A stretch of DNA of 17,293 bases from Vulcanimicrobiaceae bacterium (GCA_046262595.1 JBHEMM010000001.1:79863-97155), one strand, 5' to 3'; numbered from the stretch's first letter, positions 1-9,537 are shown. Translations and numbers: made by a program. Notes: generated from the letters alone by a model not told the origin.

Positions 1-121
1 CCGCTGACCCCGGTCGGCCGTGAAGAGGTAGAGCGCCCGGCCGTTGCGATCGACGAGGAGCTGGCCGTAGCCGGAGGCCGAATGGACCCCGACGGCGATC
101 GGCCCGAGCGGCGCGGCGGGC

Positions 122-129
<8 letters not shown>
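1..129 (-). CDS. Fragment of a COG4315-type secreted protein/lipoprotein (Yx(FWY)xxD repeat family); lacks its N-terminus and runs off the window edge
   Basis: Manual minus-strand translation gives [43 protein letters not shown]. It contains the family signature G-x-x-L-V-D-x-x-G-R-x-L-Y-x-F-x-x-D. No ATG or signal peptide is found upstream before an in-frame stop at 196-198. Confidence 0.7.
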
Positions 130-1327
<1,198 letters not shown>

Positions 1328-1341
1328 CGAGCAGACCGCCG

Positions 1342-1376
1342 ATGAAGGCCCGCAGCGATGCGGGCCTTCATGCTTT
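1342..1376 (+). terminator. Stem-loop after pnp, probable intrinsic terminator or 3' stabiliser
   Basis: Perfect 13-bp stem ATGAAGGCCCGCA / TGCGGGCCTTCAT with a GCGA (GNRA) tetraloop, followed by a short GCTTT tail, 14 nt after the pnp stop. Confidence 0.7.
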
Positions 1377-1395
1377 GGAAAGGAGCGAGGAACGG

Positions 1396-2235
1396 ATGCG
1401 CAGCGCGATCCTGATCACGGGCGCCAGCACCGGCATCGGAAACGCCGCCGCCGCGTGTCTTGCGGGACGCGGTTATACGGTTTTCGCCGGAGTTCGCACC
1501 CAAGCCGACGCGCAGCGCGTTCGCGCGCAGAACGAACGCATCGAACCGCTGATTCTCGACGTAACGCGCGACGGCGACGCCGCGAAAGCGGCGCAGGTCA
1601 TCGAACGCAGCGGCACGCCGTTGAGCGGCGTGGTCAACAATGCCGGAATCGTCGTCGCCGGAGCGCTCGAGTATCTGCCGATCGACGAGCTGCGCAAGCA
1701 GTTCGAAGTCAACGTCTTCGGCGCGCTGGCCGTGACGCAAGCCGTGCTTCCGCTGCTGCGCCGCAGCAACGGGCGCATCGTGTTCGTGAGTTCCGTTTCG
1801 GGGCAAATCGCGCCGCCGTACATCGGCCCGTATGCCGCCTCAAAGTTTGCCCTCGAAGCGATGGCCGACGCGCTGCGCATGGAACTCGCGCCGTTCGGCA
1901 TTGTCGTGAGCGTCATTCAGCCGGGCAACGTCAAAACGCCGATCTGGCAAAAAGGCCGCGATGCCAAGCCCGCGATCATGGCGCGCATGTCGGCTCAAGC
2001 GCTCGAACATTACGGCGCTGCAATGGAAACGGTTTCACGGCTGACGCAACGCGAAGAGCGCACGGGCATTGCGCCGCAAACCGTTGCGCAAACAATTTTA
2101 TGCGCGCTGGAGTCGCCTAGGCCGCGCGCGCGCTATGCGATCGGCAGCCCGTCCACATGGCAGCGGCGCATGGCGGTGCTTCTCCCCGAACGGGTGCGCG
2201 ACCAGCTGATTCTCAAGAACTTCAAAAACGGCTGA
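1396..2235 (+). CDS. Short-chain dehydrogenase/reductase (classical SDR)
   Basis: TGASTGIG Rossmann motif, NNAG, catalytic YAASK and IQPG. Start moved to ATG 1396 because a purine-rich RBS (AAAGGAG/GAGG) precedes it and the ATG at 1342 lies within the terminator stem. Confidence 0.93.
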   Translation: MRSAILITGASTGIGNAAAACLAGRGYTVFAGVRTQADAQRVRAQNERIEPLILDVTRDGDAAKAAQVIERSGTPLSGVVNNAGIVVAGALEYLPIDELRKQFEVNVFGALAVTQAVLPLLRRSNGRIVFVSSVSGQIAPPYIGPYAASKFALEAMADALRMELAPFGIVVSVIQPGNVKTPIWQKGRDAKPAIMARMSAQALEHYGAAMETVSRLTQREERTGIAPQTVAQTILCALESPRPRARYAIGSPSTWQRRMAVLLPERVRDQLILKNFKNG

Positions 2236-2258
2236 GCGGCGGCTCTCTTGTTCCTATG

Positions 2259-2267
2259 TGCTAAAAC
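2259..2267 (+). promoter_or_regulatory. Putative extended -10 element (TGcTAAAAC) that would give a leaderless GNAT transcript
   Basis: TG-c-TAAAAC ends 6 nt before the GTG start at 2274, and no Shine-Dalgarno is present. Confidence 0.4.
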
Positions 2268-2273
2268 CGGAAC

Positions 2274-2870
2274 GTGAACACTTTCGAACTGGCCGGCGCA
2301 ACGGTACGCCTCGAACCGCTTACCGCGGCGCATCTGCCGCATTTGATCGGCGAGGCGGCCGACCCGGCGCTCTGGGAATTCACCTTTCAAACCAACCCGT
2401 TCGTTTCGGAGGCTTCCGCAGCCGCGTGGCTCGACGCCGCGCGCACGCCGGACGTGCGCGCCTTTGCAATCGTCGATCGCGCGACCGCAGCCGTTGCGGG
2501 CTCCACGCGCTTTTTCGACATCGACGCCGCAAACCGTAAATGTGAAATCGGCTGGACGTTTCTTCTGCGGCGGTTCTGGCGTTCGCACGTCAATAGCGAA
2601 ACGAAGCTGCTGCTGCTGCAATACGGCTTCGAAACGTGGGGCGCTTCGCGCATTCAATTCAAGGCCGAGGCGATCAACCGCCGCTCGCATGCGGCGCTCT
2701 TGCGGATCGGTGCCACGCATGAGGGCACGATGCGCAGCTTTCGCATTCGTCCCGGCGGCGACGTGCGCGACGTCAACCTTTACAGCATCATCGCGGCCGA
2801 ATGGCCCGCGCTCAAAGCGCGGCTGCTCAGCTTCGCGGAGCAAAACCCCGATAGCCGCGCAGCGGGATGA
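2274..2870 (+). CDS. GNAT N-acetyltransferase, RimJ/RimL-like
   Basis: VRLEPL N-terminus, CEIGWTFL...WRSHVNSETKLLLLQYGFE, RIQFKAEAINRRSHAALLRIGATHEG and YSIIAAEWP are typical of this subfamily. Confidence 0.9.
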   Translation: MNTFELAGATVRLEPLTAAHLPHLIGEAADPALWEFTFQTNPFVSEASAAAWLDAARTPDVRAFAIVDRATAAVAGSTRFFDIDAANRKCEIGWTFLLRRFWRSHVNSETKLLLLQYGFETWGASRIQFKAEAINRRSHAALLRIGATHEGTMRSFRIRPGGDVRDVNLYSIIAAEWPALKARLLSFAEQNPDSRAAG

Positions 2871-3117
2871 TCTGCTCGATCTCCAGCATGCGGGCGCGCA
2901 TGAGCGGCAACGTCTCGACCACACCGCGCGCCTCTTGCACGCCGGCCGCTTCGAGCAGCACCGCGGCGCCTGGAGCGTCGTCCCGGCTCCACATCGCCCG
3001 GATCGTTCCTTCGGCATAGAGCGCCCGTACCGCTTGAGCTTCCGGTTCGAGCAGCGGAGCGAACTGCTCGTCGCTGAATTTTTCCGTGCGGCGGCGCAAG
3101 AGGGCTAAAACTTGCAT
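2827..3117 (-). CDS. Small dimeric alpha/beta-barrel protein, muconolactone delta-isomerase-like (96 aa)
   Basis: MQVLALLRR...EAQAVRALYAEGTIRAMWSRDD-APGAAVLLEA...LPL resembles the MIase/YciI-like pattern (E..a..L...G.ir.iW...G...LP). Its 3' end overlaps the GNAT 3' end by 44 bp. Confidence 0.7.
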   Translation of the reverse strand: MQVLALLRRRTEKFSDEQFAPLLEPEAQAVRALYAEGTIRAMWSRDDAPGAAVLLEAAGVQEARGVVETLPLMRARMLEIEQIIPLRGYRGFAPRS

Positions 3118-3197
3118 GGCTCGCGCTTTCGGCGCGCTGCCCGCAGCGCCTCGATGCCTTGGGATGACACTTGGCCTTTGCGTCAAACAGCCCCGGC

Positions 3198-4676
3198 ATG
3201 GCGTTCGATTCGCTGCGCGCGTTCGTGGACGCGCTCGATCGTGCCGGCGAATTGCACCGCATCGATGCGCCCGTCGACCCGTATCTCGAGGTGAGCGAAA
3301 TCACCGGCCGCGTCGTGAAAGCGGGCGGCCCGGCGCTGCTGTTTTCCAACGTGCGCGGGTCGGCGTTTCCCGTTCTGACCAATCAATTCGGCTCGCAGCG
3401 CCGCATGGCGTTGGCCTTGGATGCCGGATCGCTCGATGACGCCGCGGCGCGCATCCGCAAGCTGCTCGATCTTTCGATTCCTACATCCGGCTTGGGCAAG
3501 ATCGGCAAACTCTTCGATCTCGCGCCGCTGGGCGCGGCAATCCCGAAAACCGTTTCTTCGGGCAGCGTGCAGGACGTCGTTATCAACGATCCGGATCTGC
3601 GCAAGCTGCCCGTGCTCACGACGTGGCCGCTCGATGCCGGGCCGTTCATCACGCTGCCGCTCGTCATCACCAAGGATCCAAAGTCCGGACGCCCCAACGT
3701 GGGCATGTACCGCATGCAAGTCTACGGCGCGCGTGAAACCGGTATGCATTGGCAGCGTCACAAACAAGGGCGCGCGCACGCCGCGGCTGCGGGCGATCGC
3801 ATTCCGGTTGCCGTCGCCATCGGTTCCGATCCAGTATTGACGTACGCCGCTACCGCTCCACTTCCGCCGGTCGTTGACGAATTCGCCTTCGCCGGACTGC
3901 TGCGCGGAAAAGCGGTGAAGTTGGTTCAAGCCAAGACGGTCGATCTCAAAGTCCCGGCCGACGCAGAGTTTGTTCTTGAAGGGTACGTCGATAACACCGA
4001 CCGGCGCATGGAAGGGCCGTTCGGCGATCACACCGGAGTGTACAGCTTGGCCGATATGTATCCGACGTTTCACGTGCAATGTATCACGCACCGCAAGGAT
4101 CCGGTCTATGCGGCCACCGTCGTCGGAAAACCGCCGATGGAAGACGCCTGGCTGGGCAAAGCGACGGAACGGTTGTTCTTGCCGCTGCTGCAGATGGTCG
4201 TGCCCGAGATCGTGGATATGAATCTGCCCGTGGAAGGCGGTTTTCATAACCTGGCGATCGTCTCGATCAAAAAGTCATATCCCGGCCAAGCAAAAAAAGT
4301 GATGAATGCGCTGTGGGGCTTGGGACACATGATGATGCTTACCCGCGTGCTGATCATCGTCGATGCCGATGTGGACGTGCAGAACGCGCGCGAGACGGCG
4401 TGGTTCGTGCTCAACAACTTGGACGCGCAGCACGACGTCGTGATGATGCCCGGACCGGTCGACGACTTGGATCACGGATCGCATACGCCGGCCCTCGGCG
4501 TGAAGATCGGCGTGGACGCGACGCGTAAAAGCGCCGCCGAAGGCTACACGCGCGAATGGCCGCCGGACATGATCATGGACGAAGCGACCAGCAGCGCGGT
4601 GTCGGCGCGCTGGAAGGAGCTCGGCTTGGATCGCATCAAGCGCGCCGCCAATCCGTGGTCGGGGCAAGGCGGCTGA
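3198..4676 (+). CDS. ubiD: UbiD-family prFMN-dependent decarboxylase, probably the futalosine-pathway menaquinone decarboxylase (MqnL type)
   Basis: GPALLF, NVGMYRMQV, MHWQRHK, EGPFGDHTG, GKPPMED, SIKKSYPGQAKKV and GVDATRK motifs, and adjacency to a UbiA/MqnP-type gene. ATG 3198 (MAFDSLRAF) is preferred over TTG 3171. Confidence 0.92.
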   Translation: MAFDSLRAFVDALDRAGELHRIDAPVDPYLEVSEITGRVVKAGGPALLFSNVRGSAFPVLTNQFGSQRRMALALDAGSLDDAAARIRKLLDLSIPTSGLGKIGKLFDLAPLGAAIPKTVSSGSVQDVVINDPDLRKLPVLTTWPLDAGPFITLPLVITKDPKSGRPNVGMYRMQVYGARETGMHWQRHKQGRAHAAAAGDRIPVAVAIGSDPVLTYAATAPLPPVVDEFAFAGLLRGKAVKLVQAKTVDLKVPADAEFVLEGYVDNTDRRMEGPFGDHTGVYSLADMYPTFHVQCITHRKDPVYAATVVGKPPMEDAWLGKATERLFLPLLQMVVPEIVDMNLPVEGGFHNLAIVSIKKSYPGQAKKVMNALWGLGHMMMLTRVLIIVDADVDVQNARETAWFVLNNLDAQHDVVMMPGPVDDLDHGSHTPALGVKIGVDATRKSAAEGYTREWPPDMIMDEATSSAVSARWKELGLDRIKRAANPWSGQGG

Positions 4677-5542
4677 AAAACACCCTGCTGTTCCTTAAAG
4701 AAATTCGCGTGGAACATACGCTGTTCGCGCTTCCGTTCGCTTATACGGGCGCAATCTTCGCCGCGCGCGGCATTCCGTCGTGGCACGCGCTGCTTTGGAT
4801 CACGCTTGCGGTTCTAGGCGCGCGCACGGCGGCAATGGCCGCGAACCGCTACTTCGACCGCGACATCGACGGGCGGAACCCGCGCACGCAGCGTCGCGCG
4901 CTCGCGAACAAGACGCTCGCGCCCGGAGTGATGGTCGCGGCAATCGCGGCAGGCATTCTGCTGCTGATCGTCTCGGCGTGGGAACTGAATCCGCTCTGCG
5001 TCAAACTGCTGCCGATCGCGGCGCTCGGCGTGCTGGCGTATCCGCTGTGCAAACGGTTTACGTGGCTCACGCACTTCGTGCTCGGCGCGGTTGACGGCCT
5101 GGCACCGCTGGGTGCCTACATCGCCATAGCGGGAACGGTCTCGTTTCCCGCAGTGCTTCTCTTTGTCGCAGTGACGCTCTGGGTGGCCGGTTTCGACATC
5201 TATTACGCCCTCATGGACTTCGCGGTGGATCGCGAGCAAGGGATACGCTCGCTGCCTGCGGCGTTCGGGGAACCCCTGGGCCGCGCGATCCCGACTACGC
5301 TGCACTTGCTCATGTTCATGTGTCTGCTGCTCGCCGGCGCGGCGGCGCACACGGGACGCGGCGCGTTGGCGTACGAAGCAGGACTGCTCGCGGCATGGGC
5401 GCTGATCGCGGGCGAACTGTTGATCGTCCGCCGCTCGCAAAACGTCTTCGTCTTGAACGAGCGCATTTTTCGTGCGAACATGGCATTTTCGGTCGTTTTT
5501 CTCGTGACGACGGCCTGGAGTTTTTCGTTAAGCCGGGGATGA
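4655..5542 (+). CDS. ubiA: UbiA-family polyprenyltransferase, MqnP type (start uncertain: GTG 4655 or CTG 4673)
   Basis: EHTLFALPFA, ARTAAMAANRYFDRDIDGRNPRT and AGFDIYYALMD...D...GIRSLP motifs, with multiple TM segments. Confidence 0.9.
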   Translation: MVGARRLKNTLLFLKEIRVEHTLFALPFAYTGAIFAARGIPSWHALLWITLAVLGARTAAMAANRYFDRDIDGRNPRTQRRALANKTLAPGVMVAAIAAGILLLIVSAWELNPLCVKLLPIAALGVLAYPLCKRFTWLTHFVLGAVDGLAPLGAYIAIAGTVSFPAVLLFVAVTLWVAGFDIYYALMDFAVDREQGIRSLPAAFGEPLGRAIPTTLHLLMFMCLLLAGAAAHTGRGALAYEAGLLAAWALIAGELLIVRRSQNVFVLNERIFRANMAFSVVFLVTTAWSFSLSRG

Positions 5543-6705
5543 GCATGAACAGGCGCCGATTTCTTCTTTCCGCCACGGGCGCCGCAGGCGCCGCCGCGTT
5601 GCCGCTGGCGGCGCGCGCGCAGTTTAACGGTCGGTTTCAGCAGCCGCTCACCATCGCCGTCAACGCTCCGCTGTCCGGCAGCGGCGCGCAAGGCGGGCGC
5701 GAGATTGCCAACGGCGTGCAAGGCGCCATCGATGAAACCAACCGCGTCGGCGGAACGTTCGGCACGGCGTTCCAAATGCGCACATTCGATGATATGGACG
5801 CACTCGCGCAATCGATCGTGAACGTGCAGTTCGCCGCGGCGGATTCGACCGTCGTGGCGATGGTCGGCGGCTACGACGGTTCCCTGCTCGCCGCATCTCT
5901 GCAATCGTACGCCAACGAACAGATGCCGCTGCTCGTTGCCGGCTCGACCGCCGATCAGGTGACGGCGCGGGGATACCGCAACGTGTGGCGTCTGCCGGCG
6001 AAGGATTCGGTCGAAGGCCAACTCGCCGCTGATTTTCTCGCACGGCGCGAACATCCCAAGCTCGTCATTGCCGTCGCGCAGGAGGGCGACTATGGACCCG
6101 ACGTCGCGCAAGGTTTCGTCAACGGCGCCAAAGCGAGCAAACTTAACGCGCTGGCATATCTCTTTCCGTACGACAAGCCCGATTATCGCGCCGCCGCGAG
6201 CGCGCTCGCGCAAAAGCAGCCGGATTACGTCTATCTTTGCGGCGTAACGGCATCCTTGGGGCCGCTCATTCCGGCGCTGCGCGCCGCCGGCTACAAGGGC
6301 AAGTTCGGCGCATCGCAAGGCTTTTATAACGGCGCCGCACTTCAGGCGTACGGGCAAGACTTAGCGGGCGGAATCATCTCGACGTCAGCGCCGCCGCTCG
6401 AGCGCGCTCCCGACTTCGCGAACGCGCTTGCCGACTTCCGCCGCGGCTACGCTGTCACGACCCTCTCGGCGTTCGGCTACGCGGCAGCGCAGATCGTCAT
6501 CTCCGCCGTCCGCCGCACCGGCGCGACAAGCCGGTTGGCAACGATGACCGCGCTGCAAGCGCCGGTTCAGTACAACACGATGGCCGGCCCGTTTCAGTTC
6601 ACGTATTCCGGCGATGCGATCGATCCGCTCGTGTATTTCTACACCGTCACCGGCGGCAAACTGCGCTTTATTGCGCCCTCGCACGTGACGTCGTTCGTCC
6701 TGTGA
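5539..6705 (+). CDS. Periplasmic binding protein type 1, LivK/branched-chain amino acid SBP-like, with a Tat signal peptide
   Basis: MSMNRRRFLLSATGAAGAAALPLAARA has twin-Arg RRxFL and an AxA cleavage site. Also PLSGSGA...G, DYG...A..F and GYAAAQIV patterns. ATGA overlap with the ubiA stop. Confidence 0.85.
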   Translation: MSMNRRRFLLSATGAAGAAALPLAARAQFNGRFQQPLTIAVNAPLSGSGAQGGREIANGVQGAIDETNRVGGTFGTAFQMRTFDDMDALAQSIVNVQFAAADSTVVAMVGGYDGSLLAASLQSYANEQMPLLVAGSTADQVTARGYRNVWRLPAKDSVEGQLAADFLARREHPKLVIAVAQEGDYGPDVAQGFVNGAKASKLNALAYLFPYDKPDYRAAASALAQKQPDYVYLCGVTASLGPLIPALRAAGYKGKFGASQGFYNGAALQAYGQDLAGGIISTSAPPLERAPDFANALADFRRGYAVTTLSAFGYAAAQIVISAVRRTGATSRLATMTALQAPVQYNTMAGPFQFTYSGDAIDPLVYFYTVTGGKLRFIAPSHVTSFVL

Positions 6706-6835
6706 AGTGATGCGGTGCGCCGGGATGCACGTGTACCGGCGCGGCCGCCTGTTCCGGCGCTTCTTCCAGCATGAGCACGAACCGCAGTTTCCATGCGCCC
6801 AGTGCGATCGAAAAGTTTGCTCCCAACAACTCCAT
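6668..6835 (-). CDS. Putative 55-aa small protein, last ORF of the ytr-like operon
   Basis: ATG lies 4 nt after the permease stop, with GGAGG 9 nt upstream. Sequence MELLGANFSIALGAWKLRFVLMLEEAPEQAAAPVHVHPGAPHHFTGRTTSRARAQ. Confidence 0.5.
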   Translation of the reverse strand: MELLGANFSIALGAWKLRFVLMLEEAPEQAAAPVHVHPGAPHHFTGRTTSRARAQ

Positions 6836-6839
6836 GACT

Positions 6840-7874
6840 TTAAGCCTCCGCGCGGCGCCATTGCAGCACCGAGATTGCAAGGTATCCAAGAACGAGCGCG
6901 GCGAGCGCCGCGGCGGTGACGCTGAGCGTGAGGCCGAGCCCGGCCTGGACCACTGCGCCCGTCACTCGAAACGACAGATACGCGACGGGGTCCAAATAGC
7001 TCAGCGTGGTTAAAATGGTGTGGATCGCAGCCGCGACCGAGTTATAACGGCCCAGGGCCGATATCGCGTGCGCAGTACCGGGAATGATCAGCGCGACCAA
7101 CCATCCCAAACCGCACACTAAACCCGGACCGCGTTTGAGCGAAGCGCTTGCGGCGGTGATCACGGCGCACCAGGCGAGCGGCCCAAGCAGCGCGACCGCA
7201 ATCTCCATGGCGGTGCTTGCGGAAACGGTAAGTTTCGGGACGAAGAACAGCAAGCACGCGGCGAGCAGCACGGCGACGGTTAAGAGCTGCGCAGCCACGA
7301 CGCCCGCGCAATCGACGGCAAAAGTGCTCACTGCGTATGTTTCGCGCGAAACGGGCTTCGTCCAGGCCAGTTCCAAATGACCGTCGTTTTCTTTCGCGAG
7401 CGCGCCGCCGAGCATCGTCGCCGCCATCAGCGCGATCGGCATCGCGACGAGCAGCAGCAGGCCGATGTCGAAGGCGGGAATGCTATCGCGGTAGCGCAGT
7501 TGCGTGCGCCGCATCGTTCCGCCGGCAAACGTGGTTTCGTTCTCGTCCATCGATCCCATGGAGAGATGATTGTCGCGGGCGCGGGACGCCGGTTCGGTAA
7601 CGTTCATCTCCAACGCACCGTTCGGATGCTCGACGATCACCGCGCGGGTCTTGCGCGCCGGATCATCCACGACGATGCGTGTAACGCCTGCGCCAAGCGC
7701 TGTGCGCGTCACGCGGGCGGTGGGCGACCCGGACAGTTCGTTCGGCCACGTCCTGACGTTGGAGCCGTGCAGCGAGAGGCGCAAGACGATTGCGGTGACG
7801 AGCAGCACGGCGAGCACGATGCCGACGATGAGCAGCGTACGCCGCACCCGCAGCATTTCGACGTAATACGGCAT
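6840..7874 (-). CDS. ABC-2-type exporter permease with an extracytoplasmic domain after TM1
   Basis: About 6 hydrophobic segments, the ABC-2-like loop AKENDGHLELAWTKPVSRETY, and position 1 nt downstream of the ATPase. Confidence 0.8.
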   Translation of the reverse strand: MPYYVEMLRVRRTLLIVGIVLAVLLVTAIVLRLSLHGSNVRTWPNELSGSPTARVTRTALGAGVTRIVVDDPARKTRAVIVEHPNGALEMNVTEPASRARDNHLSMGSMDENETTFAGGTMRRTQLRYRDSIPAFDIGLLLLVAMPIALMAATMLGGALAKENDGHLELAWTKPVSRETYAVSTFAVDCAGVVAAQLLTVAVLLAACLLFFVPKLTVSASTAMEIAVALLGPLAWCAVITAASASLKRGPGLVCGLGWLVALIIPGTAHAISALGRYNSVAAAIHTILTTLSYLDPVAYLSFRVTGAVVQAGLGLTLSVTAAALAALVLGYLAISVLQWRRAEA

Positions 7875-7875
7875 A

Positions 7876-8775
7876 TTAGGCTTTCTCCACGATGTCGGCG
7901 CTTTGGCCGGCTTCTACGGCATTCAAAAAGATATCTTCCAAGTTGAGATCGACGATGCGCACGCTTTGCGCGCCCATGCCCGAAAGTGTTTGCGCCAGTT
8001 GTTCGCCGCCTGCGTTCACGGTAAGGCGCAAAATGCGCCCCGTGCGTTCGATGCGGCTTATACGCGCGTCGGCGCCCAAGCCGTTAACGGCGATCGCGTC
8101 GGTGGGAAAAATGGCTTCGACGATCTTCGACCCCGCTTTAAGATCGTCAACGGCTCCGCCCAGAACGATCCGGCCGCACTGAAGCACCGCCAGGTGATCC
8201 GCGGCCCGTTCGACTTGCCCGATTTGATGCGAGGAGAGCACGATAGTGGTGCCCTGCGCGGCGGCGTCGATGATCAATTTCAGCACGGAACGCTGATTCA
8301 CCGGATCTAAACCGCTCGTCGGCTCGTCGAGCACCATGGTTTTGGGCTCGATGGCGAACGCCAGCACGACAGCGAGCGCCGTGCGCATGCCTTTGGACAT
8401 TTGGCGCACGCGTTTGCGCGCGTCGAGGGAAAACAATTCCATCAGTTCGCCGGCGCGGCGCGCGTTGAAGCGGCTAAACGCGCGCTTCTGCATCTCCAGA
8501 TGTTCCGCGGCGGTCATCCATTCGTACAGCGCGCTGCGTTCCGGAACGTACGCGATCGCTTCAAATGCGGACGGCGTAAGCGGTTTGCCGTCGAAGCGCA
8601 CCTCACCGGAAGTCGCCGCCGCTAAGCCCAGCATGCATTTGAACGTCGTGGTTTTGCCTGCGCCGTTGGGGCCGAGCAATCCGAACACCGAGCCGTCGGG
8701 AATGTCCAGGCTCACGTCTTGCGCGGCGGCGAACGAGCCATAGCGCTTCGTCAAATGCTTGATGGATATGCTCAT
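7876..8775 (-). CDS. ABC transporter ATP-binding protein (YtrB/CcmA-like)
   Basis: Walker A GPNGAGKTT, signature MSKGM, Walker B VLDEPTSGLD and SSH switch. RBS GGAGG and ATGA overlap with the gntR stop. Confidence 0.95.
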   Translation of the reverse strand: MSISIKHLTKRYGSFAAAQDVSLDIPDGSVFGLLGPNGAGKTTTFKCMLGLAAATSGEVRFDGKPLTPSAFEAIAYVPERSALYEWMTAAEHLEMQKRAFSRFNARRAGELMELFSLDARKRVRQMSKGMRTALAVVLAFAIEPKTMVLDEPTSGLDPVNQRSVLKLIIDAAAQGTTIVLSSHQIGQVERAADHLAVLQCGRIVLGGAVDDLKAGSKIVEAIFPTDAIAVNGLGADARISRIERTGRILRLTVNAGGEQLAQTLSGMGAQSVRIVDLNLEDIFLNAVEAGQSADIVEKA

Positions 8776-9170
8776 ACTTCCTCCGGGAACCACCGCTTGA
8801 TCGCGGCGTCGAAATGGGCGCGTACTTGCGCCGGCGCTTGGCCGATCGATTTGGCATCGCGCACGGCGCGATCGAGCGTCAGGGCGGTGATGTCGCTCGC
8901 TGCCGAGCGGGCTGCGTCGGCCGTTCCGTTGCCGCGAATAAAGGAGCCGCGTCCGGGCGAGGTTTCGATGACTTCGTCCCGCTCCAGATCCCGGTACGCT
9001 CGCGCAACGGTATTGGGGTTGACCGTTAGGTCGAGCGCCAGCTGTTTTACGGTGGGCAGCTGCTCGCCGGGCGCCAGCACGCCGAGGGCGACCGAGCGTT
9101 TCACCTGTTCGATGATCTGCAGGTAGATCGGCACGCCGCTGCGCGTATCGACCGTCAAAACGGCGGGCAT
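8772..9170 (-). CDS. GntR-family transcriptional repressor, YtrA subfamily (132 aa)
   Basis: PIYLQIIEQVK...G.L.PGEQLPTVKQLALDLTVNPNTVARAYRDLE...GRGSF with a short C-terminal domain, directly upstream of the ABC genes. Confidence 0.93.
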   Translation of the reverse strand: MPAVLTVDTRSGVPIYLQIIEQVKRSVALGVLAPGEQLPTVKQLALDLTVNPNTVARAYRDLERDEVIETSPGRGSFIRGNGTADAARSAASDITALTLDRAVRDAKSIGQAPAQVRAHFDAAIKRWFPEEV

Positions 9171-9178
9171 CAGACGCT

Positions 9179-9295
9179 TTAGAGCTTCGGACCCCAGCCG
9201 AGGAAAAGACTGCCCGGTTGCTGCTGCAGCGGAAATGAGGGACGCGCTTGCTCGCCGTTGGCGGGCCGGACTTGGCGGTTGAGTTTCAAGGTCAT
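9179..9295 (-). CDS. Small peptide P1 (38 aa), first ORF of the GntR-ABC operon, member of the 'GWGPK' family
   Basis: MTLKLNRQVRPANGEQARPSFPLQQQPGSLFLGWGPKL. RBS GAAAGG upstream, located downstream of the promoter, and homologous to the ORF at 16662-16826. Confidence 0.8.
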   Translation of the reverse strand: MTLKLNRQVRPANGEQARPSFPLQQQPGSLFLGWGPKL

Positions 9296-9345
9296 GATGT
9301 GTCGCCTTTCGAGCGTCGTATTCGTCCAGTACCGCTTTGCCTGTC

Positions 9346-9363
9346 GTACTAGTACAGTAGTAC
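9346..9363. promoter_or_regulatory. Putative YtrA-type GntR operator
   Basis: Palindrome GTACTA-N6-TAGTAC fits the YtrA-subfamily GT-n-TA...TA-n-AC pattern and overlaps the -10/+1 region. On the minus strand it sits within three 8-bp repeats, TGTGCTAT-TGTACTAC-TGTACTAG. Confidence 0.75.
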
Positions 9364-9389
9364 AATAGCACAAGTTCGCGCCTTGTCAA
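9362..9389 (-). promoter_or_regulatory. Sigma70-type promoter of the P1-gntR-ABC operon
   Basis: Minus strand reads TTGACA-16 nt-TATTGT, with an extended TGn immediately before the -10. Confidence 0.75.
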
Positions 9390-9537
9390 GCGTTTTTGCT
9401 TGGCCGGGATATCGTTGAAAACCGACGCTCGGCACCCCATGGGTGCACAAGGCGGCAATTTTCGCACAAAGCGCGATCGCAGCCGCGTTGAGGTTTTTCG
9501 CCGAGCCCGTCAATGTCCGACGTCGAAAATGCCGAGA

